A DNA stretch of 39,667 nucleotides, taken from positions 1 to 39,667 of the forward strand of contig PEWS01000027.1 of assembly GCA_002779355.1 (NCBI GenBank). The letters run 5' to 3'. How positions within the stretch are numbered: the stretch's first letter is position 1; the number at the start of each line of letters is the position of its first letter. This document shows, piece by piece, positions 28,614 through 38,611 of this stretch. The notes beneath the pieces were generated by a model. That model had not been told where the DNA came from. It made no database searches and saw only the letters and a program-made list of their open reading frames with translations. The stretch comes from Candidatus Nealsonbacteria bacterium CG07_land_8_20_14_0_80_39_13 (lineage in GTDB: Bacteria; Patescibacteriota; Minisyncoccia; Minisyncoccales; GCA-002779355). Both the position numbers and the translations under genes were made by a program.

Positions 28614-30014
28614 ATGTCTATCTTTGCTCTACAAAAAATAAAACCATCTATATTGATTTCATCAATGATATTGATAGCGGTTTTTATTTTGCCGATTTTT
28701 TTCGCTTTTCCTTTTGTCGGCAAGATTCCTTTTGCGTCAGCTGAAGGAGAGCAGGAGGCAGCGACTGTTGAAAGAACTGCTTTGGAAAAAGAATTGGCGG
28801 AATTGGAAATCCAGATAGATAAATATGAGAAAGACATCAGCAAGACCGCCGAAGAAAAAAAGACTCTTCAAAATCAGATATCCATTTTAAAAAATAAAAT
28901 CAGCAAATTGGATCTTCAAATAAAGCAGAGTAATCTTGTTATAAAAGACCTCACCGGCCAAATAAAAGACACAGAGTCGTCCATCTCGGAAACGATGGTT
29001 AAGGTCGCTGACGTTCAGAGGCAATTAGGAGATATTCTTCAGGTTATGTATGAAAATGACAGAAAGTCTTTGATTGAGATATTACTTTCCGAGAAAGAGA
29101 TGTCTGATTTTTTTGACGATATAATGGCTTTAGAGGTTTTGAATTCCAAAAATCAGGATATGCTGGAAGAAATAAAGAAACTGAAAGCGTATCTGGAAAG
29201 CCAAAAAACTTCTTTGGACGGAGAAAAGACGGAATTAGAAACAACGGTTAAAATTCGAACGCTCCAAAAGGAAGAAAGTTTAAAAAACCAAAAGGGGAAA
29301 GATAAATATTTAAAATTAACCGAAGCGCAGTATCAAAAATCTCTTAGTGAAAAAAAAGAAATAGAAAAGAAAGTGGCTGGAATCAGGTCAAGGATTTTTG
29401 AATTAATCGGTGTTCCGGATGCTCCCACCTTCGGCGAGGCGCTGGAAATGGCAAAAACAGTTTCCGCTTCAACCGGAATCAGGCCAGCCTTTCTTTTGGC
29501 TGTTCTTACCCAAGAGTCAAATATCGGCAAGAACGTAGGACAATGTTTTCTGAAAGACGCTAAAACAGGAGCCGGGGTTGTTGCCAGTAGCAACAAGAGC
29601 ATCTCCAATGTTATGAGTCCGAAAAGAGATACGGCTCCATTTATAGAAATTACAAAAGAATTAGGCAGGGATCCTTTTAATACTTTGGTTTCTTGCCCTA
29701 TGAGCTATGGTTATGGGGGGGCTATGGGTCCGGCTCAATTTATTCCTTCCACTTGGCAATCTTATAAAGATAGAATAAAGGCCGCCACAGGAAAAGCGGC
29801 TGATCCTTGGAACATCCGGGACGCTTTTTTTGCCGCCGGTTTTTATTTAAGCGATTATGGGGCGAAAAAGCAGACAGCGGATGCGGAATGGAAAGCGGCG
29901 ATGATTTATTTTTCCGGAGGCACTAACGTGAAATACCGTTTTTATGGCGATTCAGTTGTTTCAATTACTAAGCAGTATTTGTCCGACATCGCCGACCTCG
30001 ACACCGTTAAATAA
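28614..30014 (+). CDS. Secreted coiled-coil lytic murein transglycosylase
   Basis: Signal/TM region, long coiled coil, LTQESN.G.N.G, GGAMGPAQFIPSTW, DPWN; start uncertain (TTG 28593 lies inside the repeat). Confidence 0.85.
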   Translation: MSIFALQKIKPSILISSMILIAVFILPIFFAFPFVGKIPFASAEGEQEAATVERTALEKELAELEIQIDKYEKDISKTAEEKKTLQNQISILKNKISKLDLQIKQSNLVIKDLTGQIKDTESSISETMVKVADVQRQLGDILQVMYENDRKSLIEILLSEKEMSDFFDDIMALEVLNSKNQDMLEEIKKLKAYLESQKTSLDGEKTELETTVKIRTLQKEESLKNQKGKDKYLKLTEAQYQKSLSEKKEIEKKVAGIRSRIFELIGVPDAPTFGEALEMAKTVSASTGIRPAFLLAVLTQESNIGKNVGQCFLKDAKTGAGVVASSNKSISNVMSPKRDTAPFIEITKELGRDPFNTLVSCPMSYGYGGAMGPAQFIPSTWQSYKDRIKAATGKAADPWNIRDAFFAAGFYLSDYGAKKQTADAEWKAAMIYFSGGTNVKYRFYGDSVVSITKQYLSDIADLDTVK

Positions 30015-30015
30015 A

Positions 30016-31140
30016 TTATTCTTCCTGCTCTTCGGCTGATTCCATGGCTTCTATAATGGGGTCAAGTCTTCCTTCCATTATCTCTTCAATGCCGTGGAAA
30101 GATTTTTTAATTCGGTGGTCGGTTACTCTGTCTTGAGGAAAATTGTAGGTTCTGTTTTTCTCCGCTCTTTTGGCCCTTCCTATTTGTCCTTTTCTGTCCC
30201 CGCCTAATTTTTGAGCCTCTTCCTCCTCTCTTATTTCAAGGAGGCGAGCTGATAGAACGCTCAAGGCGTTTTCTTTATTTTGGAGCTGGTTTCTTTCGGT
30301 CTGGGATTCAACGACCAATCCTGTCGGGATATGGACTATTCTTACAGCCGTCTCTCTTTTATTGACGTTTTGCCCGCCCGGTCCTGACGAACGGCAATAT
30401 TCAATTTTTAATTCATCAGGTTTAATTTCCAATTGAGTATTTTTCGGTTTCGGAAGAATGGCCACTGAAACGGTGGAAGTGTGTATTCTTCCGCTTTTTT
30501 CCGTTTCGGGAATTCTCTGGACTCTATGGACCCCGGACTCGTTTTTCATTTTAGAGAAAATATCGCCGTTCCCGTCCGCATCGCTATGCGAAGCGTTGCG
30601 GGTGGATTCCAGCTGAAATACGATTTCTTTAAATCCGCCAGTTTCAGTAGGGCTGGAATTAAGGATTTTTTGCCTCCAACCTTGCTGTTCCGCGAACCTT
30701 GAATACATCTTGAATAAATCTCCGACGAATAAAGCTGCTTCGTCTCCCCCTGCGCCGGCCCTGATTTCAACGATTATGTCTTGCGGTTCAGAGCTTTCTT
30801 TCTGGCCTTTGATTAATTTTTTTAATTCTTTTTCCAAGACCTCCTTTCTTTCCCTGAATTGAGTAATCTCAATTTCAGCCAAGGAGGATAATTCGGGGCC
30901 TTCTTTCCCATTCAGGATCGCCCTGTTTTCTTCAATTCTGTCGTCAATTTCTTTTATTTCTTTTTCTTTCTCAATTATTTTTTCAAGATAGCTTTTCCTT
31001 TTAGATAGTTCTTCAAATTTTTTCCAGCCCGCATCGCTACGCGAAGCGTTGCTGGCGGGCCAATCAGAAATCAGCTCAGGGTTGCTGAGCTGATTTAAAA
31101 TTTCTTTATATTCCCGCTGAATATCGCTTAGGTTATCCAT
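30016..31140 (-). CDS. prfA: Peptide chain release factor 1
   Basis: EIRAGAGGDEA, GVHRVQRIPETE (PxT), GGQ, RTYNFPQDRVTDHR. Confidence 0.96.
   Translation of the reverse strand: MDNLSDIQREYKEILNQLSNPELISDWPASNASRSDAGWKKFEELSKRKSYLEKIIEKEKEIKEIDDRIEENRAILNGKEGPELSSLAEIEITQFRERKEVLEKELKKLIKGQKESSEPQDIIVEIRAGAGGDEAALFVGDLFKMYSRFAEQQGWRQKILNSSPTETGGFKEIVFQLESTRNASHSDADGNGDIFSKMKNESGVHRVQRIPETEKSGRIHTSTVSVAILPKPKNTQLEIKPDELKIEYCRSSGPGGQNVNKRETAVRIVHIPTGLVVESQTERNQLQNKENALSVLSARLLEIREEEEAQKLGGDRKGQIGRAKRAEKNRTYNFPQDRVTDHRIKKSFHGIEEIMEGRLDPIIEAMESAEEQEE
30571..30606 (-). repeat. 36-nt palindromic element in frame in prfA (STRNASHSDADG)
   Basis: Coding strand TCCACCCGCAACGCT-TCGCAT-AGCGATGCGGACGGG. 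Confidence 0.85.
31024..31059 (-). repeat. 36-nt palindromic element in frame in prfA (PASNASRSDAGW)
   Basis: Coding strand CCCGCCAGCAACGCT-TCGCGT-AGCGATGCGGGCTGG. Confidence 0.85.
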
Positions 31141-31155
31141 TTCCTGATTGAGCGA

Positions 31156-31425
31156 TTAATCCTTCTTTGATGTCTTTTCGGCTGTCCGTTTTCTTCTTTT
31201 TTCTTTCTTACTTTTGGCATCAGTCTTATGAGACATTCTCTTTCTGAATTTTTCCACCTTAGCCATAGCGTCGGTATCTTTTTCTTTTCCGGTATAAAAA
31301 GGATGGCATTGAGAGCAGATTTCAGTCTCAATGTATTCCTTAGTTGAACCGACGGTAAAAGTATGTCCGCAGGCGCATTTGACCTTGGTCTCGGGATAAT
31401 ATTTTGGATGAATATCTTCTTTCAT
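31156..31425 (-). CDS. rpmE: 50S ribosomal protein bL31 (zinc-binding type)
   Basis: MKEDIHPKY, CACG, EICSQCHPFYTGK. Confidence 0.95.
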   Translation of the reverse strand: MKEDIHPKYYPETKVKCACGHTFTVGSTKEYIETEICSQCHPFYTGKEKDTDAMAKVEKFRKRMSHKTDAKSKKEKRRKRTAEKTSKKD

Positions 31426-31537
31426 ATTGAGTATAATAACAAATCCCTAAATTAAAAGCAATACTTGCGTTAAAACATGATATGTGATAAATATTGAAGT
31501 ATGATTTGTTAAGATTTTTAATTATAATTTTTAAAAA

Positions 31538-32302
31538 ATGACCGAAGATAAAAAGAAGAATAAAATAAAAACAGCAGACGAAGCAAAGGAAGGACTTGAC
31601 TTTGAAGAATTAGTTAAGGCCGGTTTGTATTTTGGCCACAAAACTTCAAGCACTCATCCTAAGATGAAGCAATACATTGAATCGTCAAGGAATAGAATTC
31701 ATATTATTGATTTGGCGAAAACAGCGGAAAAATTAAAAGAAGTTCTTGATTTTATCGGCGATCTGGTTTCTCAAGGGAAAGAAATTCTTTTTGTCGGCAC
31801 CAAGATTCAGGTAAAAGATAAAATAAAAGAGGTGGCTGAAGAATGCCATCTTCCTTACGTCAATCAAAGATGGCTCGGAGGAACATTCACTAATTTCGAA
31901 ACAATCAAAAAGAGATTGGAATATTTCAGGAGTTTGGAAATGCAGAAGGCTTCAGGCGAGCTCCAAAAATACGTAAAGAAAGAAAGACTTAAGATTGACA
32001 GAGAAATAGAGGGGCTGAGGAAGAAATTCGGAGGCATTAAAAATTTGGAAAAACTTCCGACAGCTGTATTCGTTACAGATATGAAAGAAAACATCCTGGT
32101 TGTAAAGGAGGCCAGAGAGAAGGGGATAATAGTGATTGCTATCGCTGACACTAATGTTAACCCGGCGTTGGCGGATCATTTCATTCCCGCTAACGACGAC
32201 GCTATTTCTTCGTTAAATTATATTCTGGACAGAGTGAAGAAAGCAATTTTAGAAGCCAAACCCCAGCCAAAGGCCAGTCAGCCTCTGGCTGACAAAAAAT
32301 AA
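31538..32302 (+). CDS. rpsB: 30S ribosomal protein uS2
   Basis: AGLYFGH, HPKM, HIIDL, RWLGGTFTNF, DTN..P, IPANDD. Confidence 0.96.
   Translation: MTEDKKKNKIKTADEAKEGLDFEELVKAGLYFGHKTSSTHPKMKQYIESSRNRIHIIDLAKTAEKLKEVLDFIGDLVSQGKEILFVGTKIQVKDKIKEVAEECHLPYVNQRWLGGTFTNFETIKKRLEYFRSLEMQKASGELQKYVKKERLKIDREIEGLRKKFGGIKNLEKLPTAVFVTDMKENILVVKEAREKGIIVIAIADTNVNPALADHFIPANDDAISSLNYILDRVKKAILEAKPQPKASQPLADKK
32264..32293 (+). repeat. Double-hairpin palindrome in the rpsB 3' end (QPKASQPLAD)
   Basis: CAGCCAAAGGCCA-GTCAGCC-TCT-GGCTGAC; shares TCAGCC-TYT-GGCTGA with 35801-35815. Confidence 0.7.
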
Positions 32303-32304
32303 TT

Positions 32305-32892
32305 ATGGCAAGTATTGAGGAAATAAAAAAACTCCGCGAAGAAACAGGAATTTCTTTGATGGAATGCCGGAAGGCTCTTGAAAAATCAGGCGATGATATT
32401 GAGAAGGCAAGGGATATTTTGAGAACATGGGGTAAGGAAGTCGCCAAGAAAAAAGGGGCGGAAAGAACAGCCGGCCAAGGTTTAATTGAGAGCTACATTC
32501 ACCCTAATAAAAAAATAGGGGTTTTATTGAGCATTCGCTGCGAATCAGATTTTGTGGCCATGTCTGATAACTTCAAGAATTTAAGCCATGAAATATGTCT
32601 TCAGGTGGCGGCTTCAAATCCGATGTTCGTCAGAAGAGAAGATATCTCTGCTGAAGTATTGGAGAAAGAAAAGGAAATTTACAAAGAACAAATGAAGGAC
32701 TCCGGCAAGTCCCAACAGATTCTTGAGCAAATCACAGAAGGCAAGCTAAGAAAATACGAGGAGCAAAATTGCCTGCTTCTTCAGCCGTGGATAAAGGAGC
32801 CGGACAAGAAAGTTGAAGATTTGGTCAATGAGTATATTTCTAAAATCGGCGAAAAAATCGTCATTGAAAAATTTACAAGATATGAGTTATGA
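32305..32892 (+). CDS. tsf: Elongation factor Ts (short form)
   Basis: IKKLREETG..LMECRKAL, SYIH, CESDFVA, LLLQPWIK; follows rpsB. Confidence 0.95.
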   Translation: MASIEEIKKLREETGISLMECRKALEKSGDDIEKARDILRTWGKEVAKKKGAERTAGQGLIESYIHPNKKIGVLLSIRCESDFVAMSDNFKNLSHEICLQVAASNPMFVRREDISAEVLEKEKEIYKEQMKDSGKSQQILEQITEGKLRKYEEQNCLLLQPWIKEPDKKVEDLVNEYISKIGEKIVIEKFTRYEL

Positions 32893-33223
32893 AACAATAA
32901 TCGCTTTAATTGCGATGGGGGCCGGTTTTCTCGGGGCGAGCATTATTTTTTTTAAGAAAATTCCGGCACTCGCGAGTTTGCCGGAGGTAGCAGAGGCAGG
33001 CTCGGCTAAAAGCCATTGGTCAGAATCAATTATCGCTTCGGGAAAAAAGCATCAGGAAAAAATAATCAAAACAGCCGTATCCGGGATGAAATCAGTGAGG
33101 TCAATGAAATCAATAACAGAGGTTAAGGCTTCGGAGTGGATTAAAAATTTGCAGAAAAGAACAAAGAAGGAGAAGAAGAAAGATAATTATTGGGATGAGA
33201 TCAGAAAATCCTTCAAGAAATAA
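32882..33223 (+). CDS. Hypothetical membrane-anchored protein
   Basis: Likely ATG 32882 (MSYETIIALI...), N-terminal TM, KKIPALA.LP, DNYWDEI C-terminus. Confidence 0.7.
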   Translation: MSYETIIALIAMGAGFLGASIIFFKKIPALASLPEVAEAGSAKSHWSESIIASGKKHQEKIIKTAVSGMKSVRSMKSITEVKASEWIKNLQKRTKKEKKKDNYWDEIRKSFKK

Positions 33224-33228
33224 TTTCC

Positions 33229-33301
33229 GCCAGAATAGCTCAGCGGTAGAGCAACTGTTTTGTAAACAGTAGGTCGGCGGGTCCGAATCCCCCTTCTGGC
33301 T
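33229..33301 (+). tRNA. tRNA-Thr(TGT) with an atypical T-arm
   Basis: Acceptor GCCAGAA/TTCTGGC, anticodon arm ACTGT-TTTGTAA-ACAGT; T-arm GGCGGG-TCCGAAT-CCCCC. Confidence 0.85.
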
Positions 33302-33308
33302 CAGGGTG

Positions 33309-33337
33309 TTGACATGTAATTTTGGAAAAGCTAATAT
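33309..33337 (+). promoter_or_regulatory. 16S rRNA promoter
   Basis: TTGACA-17 bp-TAATAT. Confidence 0.7.
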
Positions 33338-33470
33338 GGATGAACGGAGAAATGAAAAAAATAAAAGAAGAAATGGAAAGGACGTTGAAAATTAAATACA
33401 GTAATAGTTCTAAGTCAGTTTTTTTGAGTTGTTCCGAATATTTTTGGAATTTCTCAAAAGATTCCAAGTT

Positions 33471-34960
<1,490 letters not shown>

Positions 34961-35075
34961 TTAATTGTTTGTCGACCGTGGTTGAGAAATGAGAATTCTT
35001 TTCTCAACTTTGCGGGGTTGGTCGAATTCCTGAAAAAATCGACCTTCGGAACAACTCAAAGATACTGAAGAACTA

Positions 35076-35103
35076 CAAAAAACAAGGCAGGCCTTGTTTT
35101 TTG
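35076..35103 (+). terminator. Intrinsic terminator after 16S
   Basis: CAAAAAACAAGG-CAGG-CCTTGTTTTTTG. Confidence 0.7.
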
Positions 35104-35148
35104 GGTTTAATTTGCTAAAATTAAAATCACTTTTCATAATCAACCCAA

Positions 35149-35742
35149 ATGATTTTTTATAAAATTTTTTCTTATATATACAAAAGAGCGGCTCGGAGCA
35201 TGTGCCTGGACTGCAAGGATTTTATAAAGAATGGGGCGAAAATTCTTGATTTAGGTTGCGGTTCGGGAATAGCCGGAGATTATTTTAAAAAATTTTTTAA
35301 GGCCGAGGTTTTTGGGGTGGATGTAAAAAATAATAGGGTGGTTGATCTTCCCTTTAAAAAAATAGACGGGAAAAATCTTCCCTTTGATGATAATTCGTTT
35401 GACGCAGTTCTGATATGCTATGTTCTTCACCACGCCGAAGACCCCATCGCCGTTTTAAAAGAAGCGAGGAGGGTGGGGAAGGAAAGGATTGTTATTTACG
35501 AAGATATGGCTGACGGATTTTTTTCAAAATTATTCTGCCGTTTCCATGGATTAAGCTTTGATATTTTCTTTCAGGGATTTGTCGGCAAAAAGCGGGAAAA
35601 TCCGGAATATTTTTTTAAGGGGGAGAAAGAATGGCAGGGGATTTTTAAGGGATTGGGGCTGAAAGTTGTTTTTGAGAAAAGGATTTCGTTGCCGATTTCC
35701 CCGGTCGCCAAAAGAATTTTTATTTTAGATATCGTAAAATAA
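35149..35742 (+). CDS. Class I SAM-dependent methyltransferase
   Basis: ILDLGCGSG, LPFDDNSFDAV, VLHH, LKEARRV. Confidence 0.9.
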   Translation: MIFYKIFSYIYKRAARSMCLDCKDFIKNGAKILDLGCGSGIAGDYFKKFFKAEVFGVDVKNNRVVDLPFKKIDGKNLPFDDNSFDAVLICYVLHHAEDPIAVLKEARRVGKERIVIYEDMADGFFSKLFCRFHGLSFDIFFQGFVGKKRENPEYFFKGEKEWQGIFKGLGLKVVFEKRISLPISPVAKRIFILDIVK

Positions 35743-35767
35743 TATGCGTTTGAAAATATAATAATAT

Positions 35768-35831
35768 GCGTGTGTAGCTTCGGCCTCGTCCAGAGGACGA
35801 TCAGCCTTTGGCTGAGGTTAGAGCGCGTCAC
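35768..35831 (+). pseudogene. Duplicated 5' half of tRNA-Ile with a palindrome in the D-loop
   Basis: GCGTGTGTAGCT-[36 nt]-GGTTAGAGCGCGTCAC matches 36091-36123. Confidence 0.85.
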
Positions 35832-35839
35832 CTTTGGAT

Positions 35840-36100
35840 ATGTTCTGTGTGTATTTTTTGAAAAGCATTAAAAATGGTAAGATTTACGTAGGATTTACTT
35901 CTAAAAATATTGAGGTAAGGGTTGAAGAACATAATAGCGGTTCAAACGTTTTTACGAAAAACAATAAGCCATGGGTTTTGGTATATTATGAGATATTTAG
36001 TTGTGAAAAATGCGCTAGAGCGAGAGAGAAGTTTTTTAAATCGGGTATGGGTAAAAGATTAAAAAAGATAATTGTAGATAATTTTAATATGCGCGTGTAG
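35840..36100 (+). CDS. Stand-alone GIY-YIG nuclease
   Basis: VYFLKS...KIYVG.T....R...HN.G...FT...PW.LVYYE...AR.REK..K; stop codon inside tRNA-Ile. Confidence 0.9.
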   Translation: MFCVYFLKSIKNGKIYVGFTSKNIEVRVEEHNSGSNVFTKNNKPWVLVYYEIFSCEKCARAREKFFKSGMGKRLKKIIVDNFNMRV

Positions 36101-36164
36101 CTCAGTTGGTTAGAGCGCGTCACTGATAATGACGAGGTCCGTGGTTCGAGTCCACGCTCGCGCA
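36091..36164 (+). tRNA. tRNA-Ile(GAT)
   Basis: Acceptor GCGCGTG/CTCGCGC (one U-U mismatch), anticodon arm CGTCA-CTGATAA-TGACG, T-arm CGTGG-TTCGAGT-CCACG. Confidence 0.94.
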
Positions 36165-36243
36165 CTCTTTCACCTCGCTCTCTTGCCGTTATTCGGCAGG
36201 GGGAACGGAGTTTTGTTTTAAGGCGGTTTTTTGTTTGAAATAC

Positions 36244-36272
36244 TTGACAAGATTTATATAGTATGCTATACT
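36244..36272 (+). promoter_or_regulatory. Strong sigma70 promoter with extended -10
   Basis: TTGACA-17 bp-TATACT with TGn; ATG begins 7 nt after the -10. Confidence 0.75.
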
Positions 36273-36278
36273 TACATC

Positions 36279-36529
36279 ATGAGAGTTAATCCTGAGCAGA
36301 CATACGAAAAAGTGCTCAGGGGAAAGTACGGAGAGGTGTATTATCTTTCGTTCACAAGGGGGACGCCCGTACCGCCGAACGTAGGCGATTGCAGGAGATT
36401 TTCTCATCCATGGAAGAGCTAAAGAAGTTCCTTCTTAGTCAGGAGGATTTCAATGATTTTTCTAGATTTGAAGATGCAGAGAGCTGCATTTTCAAGGACG
36501 AAAAATTCCCGTGCGCCTTCACGGGATAG
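36279..36529 (+). pseudogene. Small hypothetical gene, possibly frameshifted at a G5 run
   Basis: MRVNPEQTYEKVLRGKYGEVYYLSFTRG, then the -1 frame from 36362 stays open (DARTAERRRLQEIFSSMEELKKFLL...) to TAG 36529. Confidence 0.4.
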
Positions 36530-36537
36530 GTGTTTAA

Positions 36538-36770
36538 GGGAGCACGACAATAATTGTCCTCTGCCCCTATATTTCTAAGTTCGGAATTACATTATTAAAA
36601 AATTACGAATTTAGAAATGCTCCGGTCCCGCTGAAAGCGGGACGGGGGTTTAAAGAAAGAAGTCGGAAGCGCTTTCGCGACGGGGATATCTCTTTCCAGT
36701 TCTTCGCAAGAAGAACAATCTCTGTTACGAAAGCACCCCCGGCTTTTTTCAGTCCAGAGGACTATTCAGC
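36538..36770 (+). ncRNA. Candidate structured RNA or regulatory leader (family not recognised)
   Basis: Multiple helices including a GCAA tetraloop, a long-range CGGGGGT/ACCCCCG helix and a following U-tract. Confidence 0.35.
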
Positions 36771-36854
36771 CCAGAGAGCTTTCAAGTTGTAAATGTGTCA
36801 ATGAGGAGGTAAAATAGAAAAATAAGAACAATATTTAGAATATTTTTGAACTCT

Positions 36855-38607
36855 ATGAAAACTCGAAAGGAAGATAATATAATTTACCATGGTAGTAATT
36901 GGGTATTGGTTGAAACCCAAGATGATAATCTTTTTGATATATTGTACAAAGAAGGGTACGAGAGAGTGGTTTTGGTGAATCAATTGGGTGTGGACGGTAC
37001 ATTTGAATATATTATTGGCAAAAAAACAGAAAAAACGGATGATTTTCCGGTCGGCCCAGAAACCGAAGAAGGATCGATACTTTTCGAATTAAATAAATTA
37101 GAGATGGGTTGGGCTGGCAGTATTCAGTATGGTGGAGCGCCAATAAATACTGATGGTTCGAGATCATTGCTTACTCCGCAGATGGTCATCAGTGTTATTA
37201 ATAAAGTTGTCAATAAAAAGGATGAACAAAATTTTCTAATCGGCAAAGATCAACAATTTGAAATTGACCCGGAAAAATTATTCTCCAAAGAATCATCATG
37301 CTATCAAGTGGAAACAGATCGGCTGGGCAAAGTATCCTATGTAAACATAGATAACGCCGCTACAACTCCGCCTTTTATATCGGTGCAAAATGGCGTTAAT
37401 GATTATTTAAAGACTTATGGTTCAGTTCATCGTGGAGCTGGTACTAAATCAAAAATATCTACTGATATTTACGAACAAACACGGCAAGTCATTAAAAATT
37501 TTGTTGGGGCTCCGGAAAATTTTTATGTTCTTTTTTCCGGAAACACAACTGGAGCCATGAATAATGTAGCCTATTTTTTCTCATTTCTTGATGGAAAGGT
37601 GGCGGTATCGGAAATAGAGCATAGCTCATCTTGGTTGCCATGGATTAAAGCTGAAGGTGAAAGATCGTTGGGAGCAAATCGCGTTGATTTTGCACATGTG
37701 CATGAAACACAAGAAAAAATACAAGAAGCGGGTCGTGAAATGGTTTTGAGGTATCCACTCAATAGCGAAGGTGAGTTTGACCTCGCTGGCATTGAAGAAA
37801 TGCTAAAAAAATAATAAAATTAAGGCGTTTATTTTGACTGCCTCGTCAAATCTGACTGGTTATCGTCCAGATATTAAAAAAATTGGCGAACTTGTTCATA
37901 AATATGGAGCATACTATATTATCGATGCTTGCCAATTTTTGCAACACCACAAAGTTGATATGATGGAAATGGGAATAGACTTTCTGGCCGTTTTCGGACA
38001 CAAATTTTACGCGCCTTATGGTGGTGGTTTTCTTATTGGGCCAAAAAACTTTTTGGATGAATTTTTGCCGTATCAGATTGGCGGTGGCAACTTGCCCTAC
38101 ATTACAAGGGAGGGTGTGTTCTTGCGCTATAAAAATCAATTAGCGCATGATCCCGGTACACCAAACGCCGTTGGCGCTGTCTCTATGGCTATCGCGCTTA
38201 ATCAATTGAAAAAAATCGGAATCGAAAAAATTGAATCATATGAATCAAATTTAGCGAGAGAAGCATTTGACGTTTTGAAAAAAAACGAAAAGGTTCGTCT
38301 GCTTGTAAAGAGTAATCACTTAAGTACAGTAATACCTTTTATCATAGAAGGGCAGGATTCACAGATAGTTGCCGAACGCTTAAATAAAGAATTTGGAATA
38401 GGCGTTCGCGCTGGAAGTTTTTGCGTGTATGACGTGGTAAGAAATCTTTTGGGAATAGAGGACGAGCAGAAAATAATTGAGGCCGTTAATCATGGCGATA
38501 CCTCGCTTATACCAGGAATTATTCGGGCATCTTTTGCGCTTTGCAACTCAAGAAATGATGTAAAAAGATTTATTCAAGCAATAAATTGCGTTACTCAAAA
38601 TAATTAA
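36855..38607 (+). pseudogene. Class V PLP aminotransferase / cysteine desulfurase-like gene with an extra N-terminal domain, frameshifted at an A7 run
   Basis: First ORF has IDNAATTP, SVHRG, NTT and EHSS; second has ASSNLTG, IDACQ, GHK, PGTPN and RAGSFC; removing one A at 37805-37811 joins them. Confidence 0.85.
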
Positions 38608-38611
38608 ATAT

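Noticed and set aside
35832..36123. Group I intron in the tRNA-Ile anticodon loop
   Set aside because: The interval is almost entirely ORF with no catalytic core elements, and the downstream tRNA is already complete.
36529..36780. Cobalamin or c-di-AMP riboswitch, RNase P RNA, tmRNA
   Set aside because: Only fragments resemble these; the defining conserved motifs are missing.
36804..36810. AGGAGGT Shine-Dalgarno-like site
   Set aside because: No start codon at a suitable distance; the next plausible ATG is at 36855.
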